From assembly GCA_963758195.1 (NCBI GenBank), contig CAVWUH010000002.1, positions 4,301,560-4,365,559 of the forward strand: a stretch of 64,000 bases of DNA, read 5' to 3'. The notes under the pieces are model-generated. The model saw only the letters and a program-made list of their open reading frames with translations, searched no databases and was not told the origin of the DNA. The stretch is from an uncultured Acidobacteriota bacterium (GTDB taxonomy: Bacteria > Acidobacteriota > Thermoanaerobaculia > Gp7-AA8). Both the position numbers and the translations under genes were made by a program. Of the stretch, positions 36,992-46,300 are shown in pieces (the first letter of the stretch is position 1; each line of letters starts with the position of its first letter).

Positions 36992-37924
36992 ATGGAGAGC
37001 ATCACTGCCGTTCCGCAGGACGAATCCGGAAGTGCGAGAACCTTTGGACTAGCCAGCTCTGCGCAACCGGCAGTTCCGGCTCCGCGAAGTCCGGTGCTCA
37101 TTGCGCTGGCGGAAAACGTCCATCGACATCGCGCAGCGCGCGGCTGGTCTTTCGTGACGCTCGGTCGGAACGCGAGCACATCCGTGAGTCTTCTGAAGCA
37201 CATCGAGAAACGGCGTTCCGATCCGTCGGTTTCCGTGCTGTTTCGAATCGCGAACGCGTTTGGTGTTCGCGTCGCGCAACTCGTCGAGCCGTCGCCGAGA
37301 ATTGCCGCGGTTGCCGAGGAAGCCGAGGCGTTCCCGCGCTATTACGATCCGGAAGCGCTCGCCGCCGCCCTCGGCGCGCGCGTGCGCAGCCACCGCATCC
37401 GGCGCAACTGGGATCGCAAGCGCTTCGCGGAAGAAGCTGGAATCAGCACGGGCACGATTCACTACCTCGAGACGAACGCCAACGTTCCCACGACGACCGT
37501 CATCGAACGCGTGGCGTTGGCGTTCGGCCAATCGTTCTCCGACTTCGTTGAACCGGCGACGTCTCCGGTGTTGAGCATCGTGCGCGCCGAAGCCTCCTTG
37601 AGTGACGCATCGACGCTTACACGCACGCTCTTCACGCAGCCGGCACCGAATGACGCGCTGGAGATCGCCGAGTGCCGGCTCGAAAGTCGCCGCGGTTGCT
37701 TGTCGTTACAACCCCTGCCTCCCGGATCGACGATCGTCATCTACGTGATGAAGGGAAACATCCGCATCCGCTTCGAGAACGAAGAGCACGCGCTGCAACG
37801 CGGCGATCTCTTCGTCTTCGCCGCCGAATGTACCGCGACGATCTCGAACGATGCGACGTCGCCGGCGTCGTTCCTGCGCATCGATCGCGCGCATCACCCG
37901 CGTCTGCGGCGGGCGAGGGAGTAA
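36992..37924 (+). CDS. XRE-family regulator with two HTH segments and a C-terminal cupin-like domain
   Basis: LAENVHRHRAARGWSFVTLGRNASTSVSLLKHIEKRRSDPSVSVLFRIANAFG and LGARVRSHRIRRNWDRKRFAEEAGISTGTIHYLETNANVPTTTVIERVALAFG; then GSTIVIYVMKGNIRIRFENEEHALQRGDLFVF. Confidence 0.7.
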   Translation: MESITAVPQDESGSARTFGLASSAQPAVPAPRSPVLIALAENVHRHRAARGWSFVTLGRNASTSVSLLKHIEKRRSDPSVSVLFRIANAFGVRVAQLVEPSPRIAAVAEEAEAFPRYYDPEALAAALGARVRSHRIRRNWDRKRFAEEAGISTGTIHYLETNANVPTTTVIERVALAFGQSFSDFVEPATSPVLSIVRAEASLSDASTLTRTLFTQPAPNDALEIAECRLESRRGCLSLQPLPPGSTIVIYVMKGNIRIRFENEEHALQRGDLFVFAAECTATISNDATSPASFLRIDRAHHPRLRRARE

Positions 37925-37945
37925 TGGCATTTCGCGAAGAGCGTC

Positions 37946-38020
37946 GGGTTCACGCGGAGACGCGGGGTACGCGAAGAGAGACCGCCATCAGCATTCACTC
38001 CGTGTTCTCCGCGTGAACGC
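37946..38020. repeat. GTTCACGCGGAGAC palindromic repeat, copy c (degenerate)
   Basis: gggttcacgcggagacgcggggtacgcgaagagag ... ctccgtgttctccgcgtgaacgc. Confidence 0.75.
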
Positions 38021-38027
38021 TTCGTGA

Positions 38028-38477
38028 CTAAGCGCTGAATTGCTGCAGGTGGTGATCGATGTGCTTGTACATCAGCGTTCCCCACTGCTCGCCGGTCAGC
38101 TTGCCGAAGAACGCGTGCATCTGCTTTCCAGCATTCTCCGAACCGTTCTGAACGAAGCGGTCGATCAGGCCATTGAGCCGCGTTCGTTCTTTGTCGAACT
38201 CCCGTTCTCCAGTCACGACGAACGTCGGATCGGTCGGCGCATTTCGACCGAACGGCTTTTCGCCGAGGATTGAGGCGCGTACGAACGGGGCCAGCACTTT
38301 GCCGATGAATTTCTGTTTCATCGGCCGCTCGCCCGTTCCGGTTTCCAGCGCCTGCGCGCAGTGACAAAGCATCTGCGCGACATTCATCTTTCCCCATTGG
38401 CGCGCATTGTCGGGTTGGAGCGCCATCAGGCGTGCTCGAATCGAGTCACAATCAGCCGGAACGAAGAGCGATTTCAT
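38028..38477 (-). CDS. DUF1569 (DinB-superfamily) protein
   Basis: MKSLFVPADCDSIRARLMALQPDNARQWGKMNVAQMLCHCAQAL...FFGKLTGEQWGTLMYKHIDHHLQQF. Confidence 0.65.
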   Translation of the reverse strand: MKSLFVPADCDSIRARLMALQPDNARQWGKMNVAQMLCHCAQALETGTGERPMKQKFIGKVLAPFVRASILGEKPFGRNAPTDPTFVVTGEREFDKERTRLNGLIDRFVQNGSENAGKQMHAFFGKLTGEQWGTLMYKHIDHHLQQFSA

Positions 38478-38521
38478 TTCAACGACCTCACGTTCTCGAC
38501 GCATTCTACGAATTCGCGCGC

Positions 38522-38995
38522 TCACGCGCGCAGCGACGTCACGAGCTCGTCGTCATCCGGCAGCATCGCGATCGCGCGCACCGTCTTGCGCATGCCGATG
38601 AGGCCGTGGACTTCGATCGGTTCGCGCAGCGCGATCAACCAACGCGGCTCGTCGAGAATCGCCACGCGCAGCACGTCGCGGCGTTTCCACTCGCTCGTTT
38701 CGCGGACTTCGGTGATCGACGCGATGTTCGTCAGCGGCACGATCGCGTTCCAGCGCAGGCCGACGCGGAGGTGCAGCGCGGTGGCGTCGATCGTTGTCGG
38801 GCGCAGGCGCATCGCCTGGTAATCGCCGAGAAGCCAGACGATGGCCCAGAGATCGAGCGCGGTCCAGGCCCAGGCCGCGAGCGGCTTCCACATCCGCAGG
38901 AAGAAGTGCATGCCGATCGACTCGGCGACGATGAGCACGATGAGACCGGCGAGAACGAAACGAAGCGACGGAGCGCGAAGGAGGGAACTGCGCAC
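38522..38995 (-). CDS. Hypothetical membrane protein (two TM helices plus a soluble C-terminal domain); GTG start tentative
   Basis: VRSSLLRAPSLRFVLAGLIVLIVAESIGMHFFLRMWKPLAAWAWTALDLWAIVWLLG... TACAAT lies 6 nt upstream of the GTG at 38995. Confidence 0.4.
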   Translation of the reverse strand: MRSSLLRAPSLRFVLAGLIVLIVAESIGMHFFLRMWKPLAAWAWTALDLWAIVWLLGDYQAMRLRPTTIDATALHLRVGLRWNAIVPLTNIASITEVRETSEWKRRDVLRVAILDEPRWLIALREPIEVHGLIGMRKTVRAIAMLPDDDELVTSLRA

Positions 38996-39015
38996 GGAAG
39001 GATTGTAGTCCTCCC

Positions 39016-41712
39016 TCACAATGGCCACGCGGTCTCCTGCGTTTTCGGACGCACGAGCGATTGCTGGAGGAACGGGAACACAGCATCGGTCGGTAGTGGC
39101 TTGCTGAACAGATAGCCCTGCATGAGATCGCACGCGTAGTGGCGCAGAAACGTGTACTGCTCCTCGGTCTCCACACCCTCGGCTACGACCTTGAGTTGCA
39201 GCGTATGCGCAAGGTTGATGACGTAGGAGACGATCGCCGCGGCTGTCTCGTCCGACGTCACTTCGCGCAGGAACTCCTTGTCGATCTTCACCGTGTCGAT
39301 AGGGAAGTGCTTCAGATAGATCAGCGAGGATTGGCCGGTGCCGAAGTCGTCGACGGCGACGCCGACGCCCATCTGTCGCAGGGCGTGCAGTGCCTTGGTC
39401 GTCAGCTCGAAGTTTTGCATCGCCGCGCTCTCCGTGATCTCGAGCTGCAACATGTCGGGACTGATTGACGACTCTGCGACTGCGCTGCGGACGATGTCGA
39501 CCAGGTCGCGCTGCTGCAGTTGCACCGCCGAGATGTTGACGGCGACGCGCAGCCAGGTCAGGCCGGCGTCGTGCCAGAGGCGAAGTTGACGGCAGGCGGT
39601 GCGCAACGCCCATTCGCCGATCGGGATGATCATTCCCGTTTCCTCAGCGAGCTCGATGAACTCGGAGGGTTGGACGAGGCCGCGGTTCGGATCGCGCCAG
39701 CGCAGCAGCGCTTCCAGCGAAACGATCCGTCGCCGGGCGCGGTCGTAGACCGGCTGGTAATACAGCTCCAGTTGCTGCCGCTCGATGGCGTGGTGCAAAT
39801 GCTGCTCGAGCGCGAGACGCCGCACGTAACGCTCGTTCATGCTCGCGGTGAAGAGCTGCGCCTGATTGCGTCCCAACTCTTTCGCGCGATACATCGCCGC
39901 ATCCGCGCACTTGAGCAGCGTCTCGGCGTCGTCGCCGTCCGAAGGATGGCAACTGATGCCGACACTGGCGGTGATGAAGAGCTCGTGGCCGTCGACGCGG
40001 AACGGCTTCGCCAGCGAATCGAGGATCTTTCGCGCGACTCCGGCCACGGCCTCCGCGTTCGTAACTTCGGCGAGGAGGATGCTGAACTCATCGCCGCCGA
40101 TGCGCGAGATCGTGTCGGAGGCGCGGAGCGAGTTCTGGAGCCGCCGCGCGACGTCGGCGAGCAGCAGGTCGCCAAACGAATGTCCCAGGCCGTCGTTCAC
40201 GAGCTTGAAGTGATCGATGTCGAGATACATCACCGCCACGCCGACGCGATTGCGCTGTGCCTGCGCGAGGCTGTGGACGAGCGCGGTCGCGGAAGAGCAG
40301 GCGATTCGGCAGGCCGGTGAGCGAGTCGTAGTGCGCGCGGTACTCGAGCTGCTTCTCCGTCTCCTTGCGTTGCGAGACATCGCGATAGTTGAGAACGATC
40401 GCACCGACGCTCGGCTCGTGCAGCAGGTTCTGGCGAATCCCTCCAGCCAGATCCAGCGGCCGTCCTTGTGTCGAAAACGAAGCTCGCCGCGCGATTCCTG
40501 GTTCGGCGTCGCCAGCACGCCGCCGAAACTCTTGCGCGCGGCATCGGCCTCGCGCGTGTGGATGAAGTCGAAGATGGAGCGCCCGATCAGTTCGTGTTCT
40601 TCGTAGCCGATGAGGTGCTGTGACGACGAGCCGGTGAAGGAGAAGCGCAGATCGCCGTCGAGCAGAACGACGCCGCTCCAGCTCTTCTCGACGATCGTGC
40701 GGAAACGTTTCTCCCGCTGCCCCAGCTCGTGCTCCGCCCGCTTGCGCTCGGAGATGTCGCGAATGAATGCGGTGAAGGTGACGTCGGCGCCGCTTCCTGC
40801 CGGAGCGATGGTGATCTCGGCCGGGAACTCTTCACCCGATGCGCGACGTGCGACGGTCTCGATGCGCCGTCGCAGGAGGCGCGTCGCTCTGCCGCTGCGA
40901 TAGCGATCGAGCAACGCCTCGAACGTGCGCGCGCCGTTCTTGGGGAACAGCGACATGCGCAGCGGCGCGCCGAGAGCGTCGCGGGCGGGGACGCCGAACG
41001 TCGACTCGGCCTCGCGATTCCACTCGATGACGATGGAGGCGCGATCGATGGTGATCACGGCATCGAGCGTCGTGGCGATGAGCTGCCGCAGGCGAGCCTC
41101 CGATTTTCGCAACGCCTGTTCAGTACGCGCGCGTGTGATCGCTTCGCCGACGATGTTCGCCGTCGAACGGAGAAACGCCAGTTCGTATTCGGTGAAGACG
41201 CGCTCCTCGCCGGAGTAGGCGAGGAGCACTCCGAACGGCGCGTACTGCGTGCGGATCACCACGCCCGCGCCGCTGCGTACGCCGTGATAGTTGAGGAGAT
41301 GCGTCGCCTTGAATCTCGTTTCCTCTTCGAGGTGTCCGAACGTGAACGGCGCATCGGCGAGAAGAACGATCATCCCGAGCGCTTCGTCCTCGTCGCTGTC
41401 GCGCGTGCAACGGAGAAATGTCTGATTGGCGCCGAGAGCCGCACGGACGAGCATGCGTCCCGCCGGCGCGACCTCGAGTGCACGGCAGTGCGAGACCTGC
41501 AGCGTCAGCTCGACGAGTGCGCAAGCCTGGCCGAGGAGGATGAGCGGATCGACGCCGGTGAGAGCGGCTTGGCCGAGCTCGGCGATCGCGATTTCCTGGC
41601 GATTGCGCGCCTCGAGCTCGGCGCGAAGGCGATCAATCTCCAGCGCGCGCTCATCAGGGCGTGCGTCGCGTTCGCGGACGAGAAGAAACGGCGTCGTCGG
41701 TTGCTCGGACAC
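39016..41712 (-). CDS. Sensory GAF/PAS-GGDEF-EAL cyclic-di-GMP signalling protein, with a ~50-codon out-of-frame stretch (two compensating indels)
   Basis: RIGGDEFSILL (GGDEF), EALLRW...DDFGTGQSSL...KIDKEF (EAL), and PAS-like segments (ERKRAEHEL...). Codons ~427-477 read as nonsense (ARTCCTSRASV...). The adjacent frame reads QNLLHEPSVGAIVLNYRDVSQRKETEKQLEYRAHYDSLTGLPNRLLFRDRA. Confidence 0.9.
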   Translation of the reverse strand: MSEQPTTPFLLVRERDARPDERALEIDRLRAELEARNRQEIAIAELGQAALTGVDPLILLGQACALVELTLQVSHCRALEVAPAGRMLVRAALGANQTFLRCTRDSDEDEALGMIVLLADAPFTFGHLEEETRFKATHLLNYHGVRSGAGVVIRTQYAPFGVLLAYSGEERVFTEYELAFLRSTANIVGEAITRARTEQALRKSEARLRQLIATTLDAVITIDRASIVIEWNREAESTFGVPARDALGAPLRMSLFPKNGARTFEALLDRYRSGRATRLLRRRIETVARRASGEEFPAEITIAPAGSGADVTFTAFIRDISERKRAEHELGQREKRFRTIVEKSWSGVVLLDGDLRFSFTGSSSQHLIGYEEHELIGRSIFDFIHTREADAARKSFGGVLATPNQESRGELRFRHKDGRWIWLEGFARTCCTSRASVRSFSTIAMSRNARRRRSSSSTARTTTRSPACRIACSSATALVHSLAQAQRNRVGVAVMYLDIDHFKLVNDGLGHSFGDLLLADVARRLQNSLRASDTISRIGGDEFSILLAEVTNAEAVAGVARKILDSLAKPFRVDGHELFITASVGISCHPSDGDDAETLLKCADAAMYRAKELGRNQAQLFTASMNERYVRRLALEQHLHHAIERQQLELYYQPVYDRARRRIVSLEALLRWRDPNRGLVQPSEFIELAEETGMIIPIGEWALRTACRQLRLWHDAGLTWLRVAVNISAVQLQQRDLVDIVRSAVAESSISPDMLQLEITESAAMQNFELTTKALHALRQMGVGVAVDDFGTGQSSLIYLKHFPIDTVKIDKEFLREVTSDETAAAIVSYVINLAHTLQLKVVAEGVETEEQYTFLRHYACDLMQGYLFSKPLPTDAVFPFLQQSLVRPKTQETAWPL

Positions 41713-41815
41713 TCTGCGTATGTCGCAAAAACGTCACGGGGCGATCTTGACTCTGGAATCGATTCCAGAGTTTACGTTGCTTGCCAGTGAAAAGACGAGG
41801 CCTTTGCCTGCGCAC

Positions 41816-42260
41816 CTATGAACGGGATAACAGTCGGTCAATGAGCTCACCGCGAAATCGATCGAGTGGTTCCGCTTCAGTGTTCGACAGACCTGCCGCT
41901 GAAGAGAGGGACACCACATCGAAGTTCTGAAGCACCCACGCAAGAGTGAGAGGCGAAAACCCACCGTCCTTTTTGGGCGCGGACTCAATGGCGTCGTCGA
42001 GATCCACGCCGTACGCGACCAGCCGCAGCATCGACGAGGTCGCGGATCTCGGATCGGCTCAGCAGCGTACAGAGTTTGTTGACGAGCAGATCACGAAGCG
42101 ACTCCGTCGCGATCTGCGACTCGAAATCGAACGAATCCGGGGCTCTGCTGCACGACCGACACGGCAAGCCCGGCGCCGGTGAGTCGTTGCCGAATTGCGG
42201 CCGGGAGATCCGCAAGTTGCGATGCTTCTTCCCAGAACAGATCGAGTCCCTGGTCTTGCG
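41816..42260 (-). pseudogene. 5'-truncated, frameshifted remnant of an AbiEii/DUF1814-type nucleotidyltransferase toxin
   Basis: Pieces in three minus-strand frames: ...LTGAGLAVSVVQQSPGFVRFRV / FDFESQIATESLRDLLVNKLCTLLSRSEIRDLVD / MLRLVAYGVDLDDAIESAPKKDGGFSPLTLAWVLQNF... No N-terminal part and no AbiEi-type partner. Confidence 0.45.
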
Positions 42261-42276
42261 GTGATCGCGAGCGGTA

Positions 42277-42356
42277 CCCGGAACGACGCCTCGTGTCACC
42301 CGCGCGTGCGGCCAGCCTTGTGGCCTCGAACGCTGCGGGCCGTGCTGGCCCGGCCG
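42277..42356 (+). repeat. Copy B of the ~80-nt structured repeat
   Basis: cccggaacgacgcctcgtgtcacccgcgcgtgcggccagccttgtggcctcgaacgctgcgggccgtgctggcccgg. Confidence 0.7.
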
Positions 42357-42423
42357 TGATCCACGTCACGTTCGCATCTCGATCGGCGCGTACAATGCGC
42401 ACAACGACAGCAGTCATCACCAA

Positions 42424-42456
42424 GGGGGGCGTACCGCACGCCCCCCTTTTTGTTTT
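42424..42456 (+). terminator. Strong intrinsic-terminator-like hairpin 5 nt upstream of the SD of the next gene
   Basis: ggggggcgt accgc acgcccccc tttttgtttt. TACAAT lies at 42391..42396, 28 nt upstream. Confidence 0.65.
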
Positions 42457-42470
42457 GGCGAGGAGGCACC

Positions 42471-43052
42471 ATGAAGCTGAAGAGTCTGGCCCTGACAGCG
42501 ATGTTCGCTTTGATCGCGCTGCCGGCGTGTACGAGCCGCGAGCATGCGACGATCACCGGTGGCTACGGCAACGCCGTAATCAGCGGTGAAGTGGTCATGC
42601 AGGGAACGGCCGACAGCAGCCCGGCTGGCATGGTCGTCTCGGTGCGCGGCACGGGCATGACGACGGTTCTCGGCGCGGATGGCAAGTTCGTCTTCGCCGA
42701 GGTGCCGGATGGAGCGGAACTGGTCTTCCGTCGTGCGCCGGATGGCATTGGTGCTTCGCTGCGGATGGAAAACGGTGAAAGTCATGTCGTCGTCGCGCTC
42801 GCGCAGAGCTCCGCGTCTCGCTCGACCTCCTCGAAACGTCGCGGCGTCGGGCGCGGCGGCGACACGATCGATGAATTCGAAGGACCGATCCGCAGCGTCA
42901 CCGCGGACTCACTCGTCGTCTTCACATCGAAGGGAGTGGAACCGACGATCGGCCTCACGGCGGAGACGATCATCCGCAAAGGCGATCAGGTCGTCACGGC
43001 GGCCGACCTCGTGGTCGGCGCCGTTCTCGTGACGATTCAGCGGGCGAGGTAG
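42471..43052 (+). CDS. Lipoprotein with a CarboxypepD_reg-like domain and a DUF5666-like C-terminus
   Basis: AGGAGG SD. MKLKSLALTAMFALIALPAC (lipobox). ISGEVVMQGT...VSVRGTGMTTVLGADGKFVFAEVPDG. FEGPIRSVTADSLVVF...IIRKGDQVVTAADLVVG. Confidence 0.6.
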   Translation: MKLKSLALTAMFALIALPACTSREHATITGGYGNAVISGEVVMQGTADSSPAGMVVSVRGTGMTTVLGADGKFVFAEVPDGAELVFRRAPDGIGASLRMENGESHVVVALAQSSASRSTSSKRRGVGRGGDTIDEFEGPIRSVTADSLVVFTSKGVEPTIGLTAETIIRKGDQVVTAADLVVGAVLVTIQRAR

Positions 43053-43131
43053 TCCATCGGACAAACAGAAACGGGCAGGCAACCGCCCGTGGGAAGTGGC
43101 ACGGTTCCCCCGAAACGTGCAGGGCGTGGAC

Positions 43132-43164
43132 GAGACCGGCGAGCAATCGCCGGTCTCTTTTTTT
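43132..43164 (+). terminator. Intrinsic terminator
   Basis: gagaccggcg agcaa tcgccggtctc ttttttt. Confidence 0.75.
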
Positions 43165-43375
43165 GTGTTCGCCGGCCGCGGGAGGGCGATCCTCCCTTCC
43201 ACCTGCTCTTCTCTTACATTGTTATTTTCAAGCGGCGCGGCTAAACTCTCCTGGATCAGAGAGTAAGTTAGGAGATGTCCCGGCTGTTATCATCTCCGTT
43301 CGTCTTGCGGTTCCGCCATTTTCGAAATGCGTGAGGAGAATCCTCGCGCTGAGCTTTTTACCGGGTGAAAGAAGG

Positions 43376-46300
43376 ATGCCGTCCATGAACGCGTCACGCC
43401 GCTTCTCGCTGTTGATTGTTGCTGCCGCTCTTATCTGCCCCCTGTTCGCTTCCGCAGCAACCTCAGAGGTTCGGGTCCTCATCGACGTCGACAACAACGT
43501 GGCCACCGGATGCGTCGTCGGTGGAATGACGGGTGTCGATCAGGTACTCGTCACGCAGGTCGCGGATAGCCCGACCGGCGCAAGCGTCACCCAAACGCAT
43601 CGCCTGGTCTGCTCGAGTGGCGTTCTCAGTGGCCCGACCGACATCGTGACCTCCGGCTGGCCGGTTGGTTGGCAGCCGACCAGCGGAATGATGCTGGTCG
43701 AGACCCGCATCCCGTTCTCGGCGCTCGGCACGAGCACCATGCCCAGCGAAATGCGCATCGGCTTCGACGGAACGCGCGGCTCGGCCGCGTTCTCCGCGCT
43801 GACAAAAGCGAATGGCTCACCGATTCTTCTTCCCGTCACCGTGAATCGTCGCCGCGCGGTCGGATTTCCCGCCGAGCCGCGGATGATCATTCTGGATGGC
43901 CTCGACCCCGACTGGGGCATGATCAACCCGCTGACCGAAGGAACCGCCGGCGGCGGTGCTTCGGCGATCAAGCTGATCAAAGCCTTCGGATTCCCCAACC
44001 CTCTCGATTCCTTCGTCTACTTCCGTTTCGATCTCAACCTCTCCGGTTCGAGCATCCTCGCCGTCGATGACAGCTACACGCGCGACCAGGGACAAGGCTT
44101 CACCCTGGCGGCGCCGGGCGTGCTCGCCAACGACCAGCCGAACACGTTGCCATTGACCGCGGCGCAGGTCAGCCAGCCGAATGACGGCTCGGTGACTCTG
44201 AACCCGGACGGCAGCTTCGTCTTCACGCCTTACCACCCGAACTCGCTCACGAGCGACTCGTTCCAGTACAAAGCGGTCGCCGGCTCGGAGCAATCGAACG
44301 TAGCCACGGTGAGAATCAAAGTCGCCCGAGTCTGCCCGAACATCATCGTGACCCGCCCCGTGGTCACGACGGCGACCGTCGGCACTCCCTTCTCGCAGAC
44401 CTTCACGCAGACCGGTGCGGCCGGCGGCGCGACGTTCACGACCTCTTCAACGCTTCCGGCCGGTCTCACTCTCTCGACGACCGGTGTGCTCTCCGGAACG
44501 CCGACGCAGTTCGGCACTTTCCCGATCGTCGTGACCGTGACCGACGGCAACGACTGTACGGGCCATAGCGCGCCGTACAACCTGGTCGTCAGCTGCCAGA
44601 CCATCACCGTCACCAACCCCGCGACCAACACTGGCGTCGCCAACGCCGCGTTCTCGCAGACCTTCACGCAGGTGGGTGCGATCGGCTCGGCGACATTCAC
44701 GACATCGTCGGCGTTGCCGGCCGGTCTGACGCTGGCAACGAACGGCACGCTGTCCGGCACGCCGACGCAGACCGGCACGTTCCCGATTACCGTGACCGTG
44801 ACGGACAGCAACGGCTGCACGGGCACGAGCTCATACACGCTCACCATCACTTGCCAGGGCATCACCGTCACCAATCCGGCGAACGCCAGCGGCACCGCGA
44901 ACGCCGCGTTCAGCGAAGTGTTCACGCAAGCCGCCGCGATCGGAACGGCGACGTTCACGACCGCGAGCACGCTGCCGGCGGGTCTCACGCTGGCGACGAA
45001 CGGCACGCTGTCCGGCACGCCGACGCAGACCGGATCGTTCCCGATCGTCGTCACGGTCACCGACTCGAACGGCTGCACGGGCACGAGCGCGACCTACACG
45101 CTGATCATTGCCTGCCAGACCATCAACGTCACCAACCCCGGCGCCACGACGGGAACGGTGAGCGCTCCGTTCAGCCAGACCTTCACCCAGACCGGCGCGA
45201 TCGGAACGGCGACGTTCACGACCGCGAGCACGCTGCCGGCGGGTCTCACGCTGGCGACGAACGGCACGCTGTCGGGCACGCCGACGCAGACGGGCTCGTT
45301 CCCGATCGTGGTCACTGTCACCGACTCGAACGGCTGCACGGGCACGGGCGCGACATACACGCTCGTCATCGGCTGCCAGACGATTACCGTCACGATTCCA
45401 GGCACGACGACCGGCACCGTCTCCACGCCGTTCAATCAACAGTTCACGCAGACGGGAGCGGTGGGCGGAGCGACCTTTACCACCGCCAGCACGTTGCCCG
45501 GCGGTTTGACGCTGGCAACCAACGGCACGCTGTCCGGCACGCCGACGCAGACCGGATCGTTCCCGATCGTCGTCACGGTCACCGACGGCAACGGCTGCAC
45601 CGGCACGAGCGCGACGTACACGCTCGTCATCGGCTGCCAGGTCATCACCGTCACGAACCCGGCGATCGCCACGGGACCGGCCGGCACGCCGTTCAGCCAG
45701 ACGTTCACGCAGACGGGCGCGTTCGGCTCGGCAACGTTCACCACGGCCAGCACGCTGCCGACCGGTCTCTCCCTCTCCACGGCCGGCGTTCTCTCCGGCA
45801 CGCCGAGCCAGGGCGGCACATTCCCGATCGTCGTCACGGTCACCGACGCGAACGGTTGCACGGGCACGAGCGCGACCTACAACCTCGTCATCACCTGCCC
45901 GGTCATCACCGTGACCAATCCGGTCAACGCGAATGGCACGGCGTCGAGCCCGTTCAGTGAGACGTTCACACAGACCGGTGCCGTCGGCGGAGCGACCTTC
46001 TCGATTGCCAGCGGCACGTTGCCGACGGGCCTCAGCCTGTCGGCCGCGGGTGTGCTCTCCGGCACGCCGACCCAGACCGGTTCGTTCCCGATCACCGTGA
46101 AGGTGACCGATGGCAACGGCTGCACCGGCACGGGACCGACGTACACCATCGTCATCGCTTGCCAGGTCATCACCGTCAACAATCCGGCCAACGCGAACGG
46201 TACGGCCTCGAGTCCGTTCAGCGAGACCTTCACGCACACCGGCGGCATCGGAACGACCACCTTCACCCTCGCGTCGGGAACGCTGCCGGCCGGCTTGACG

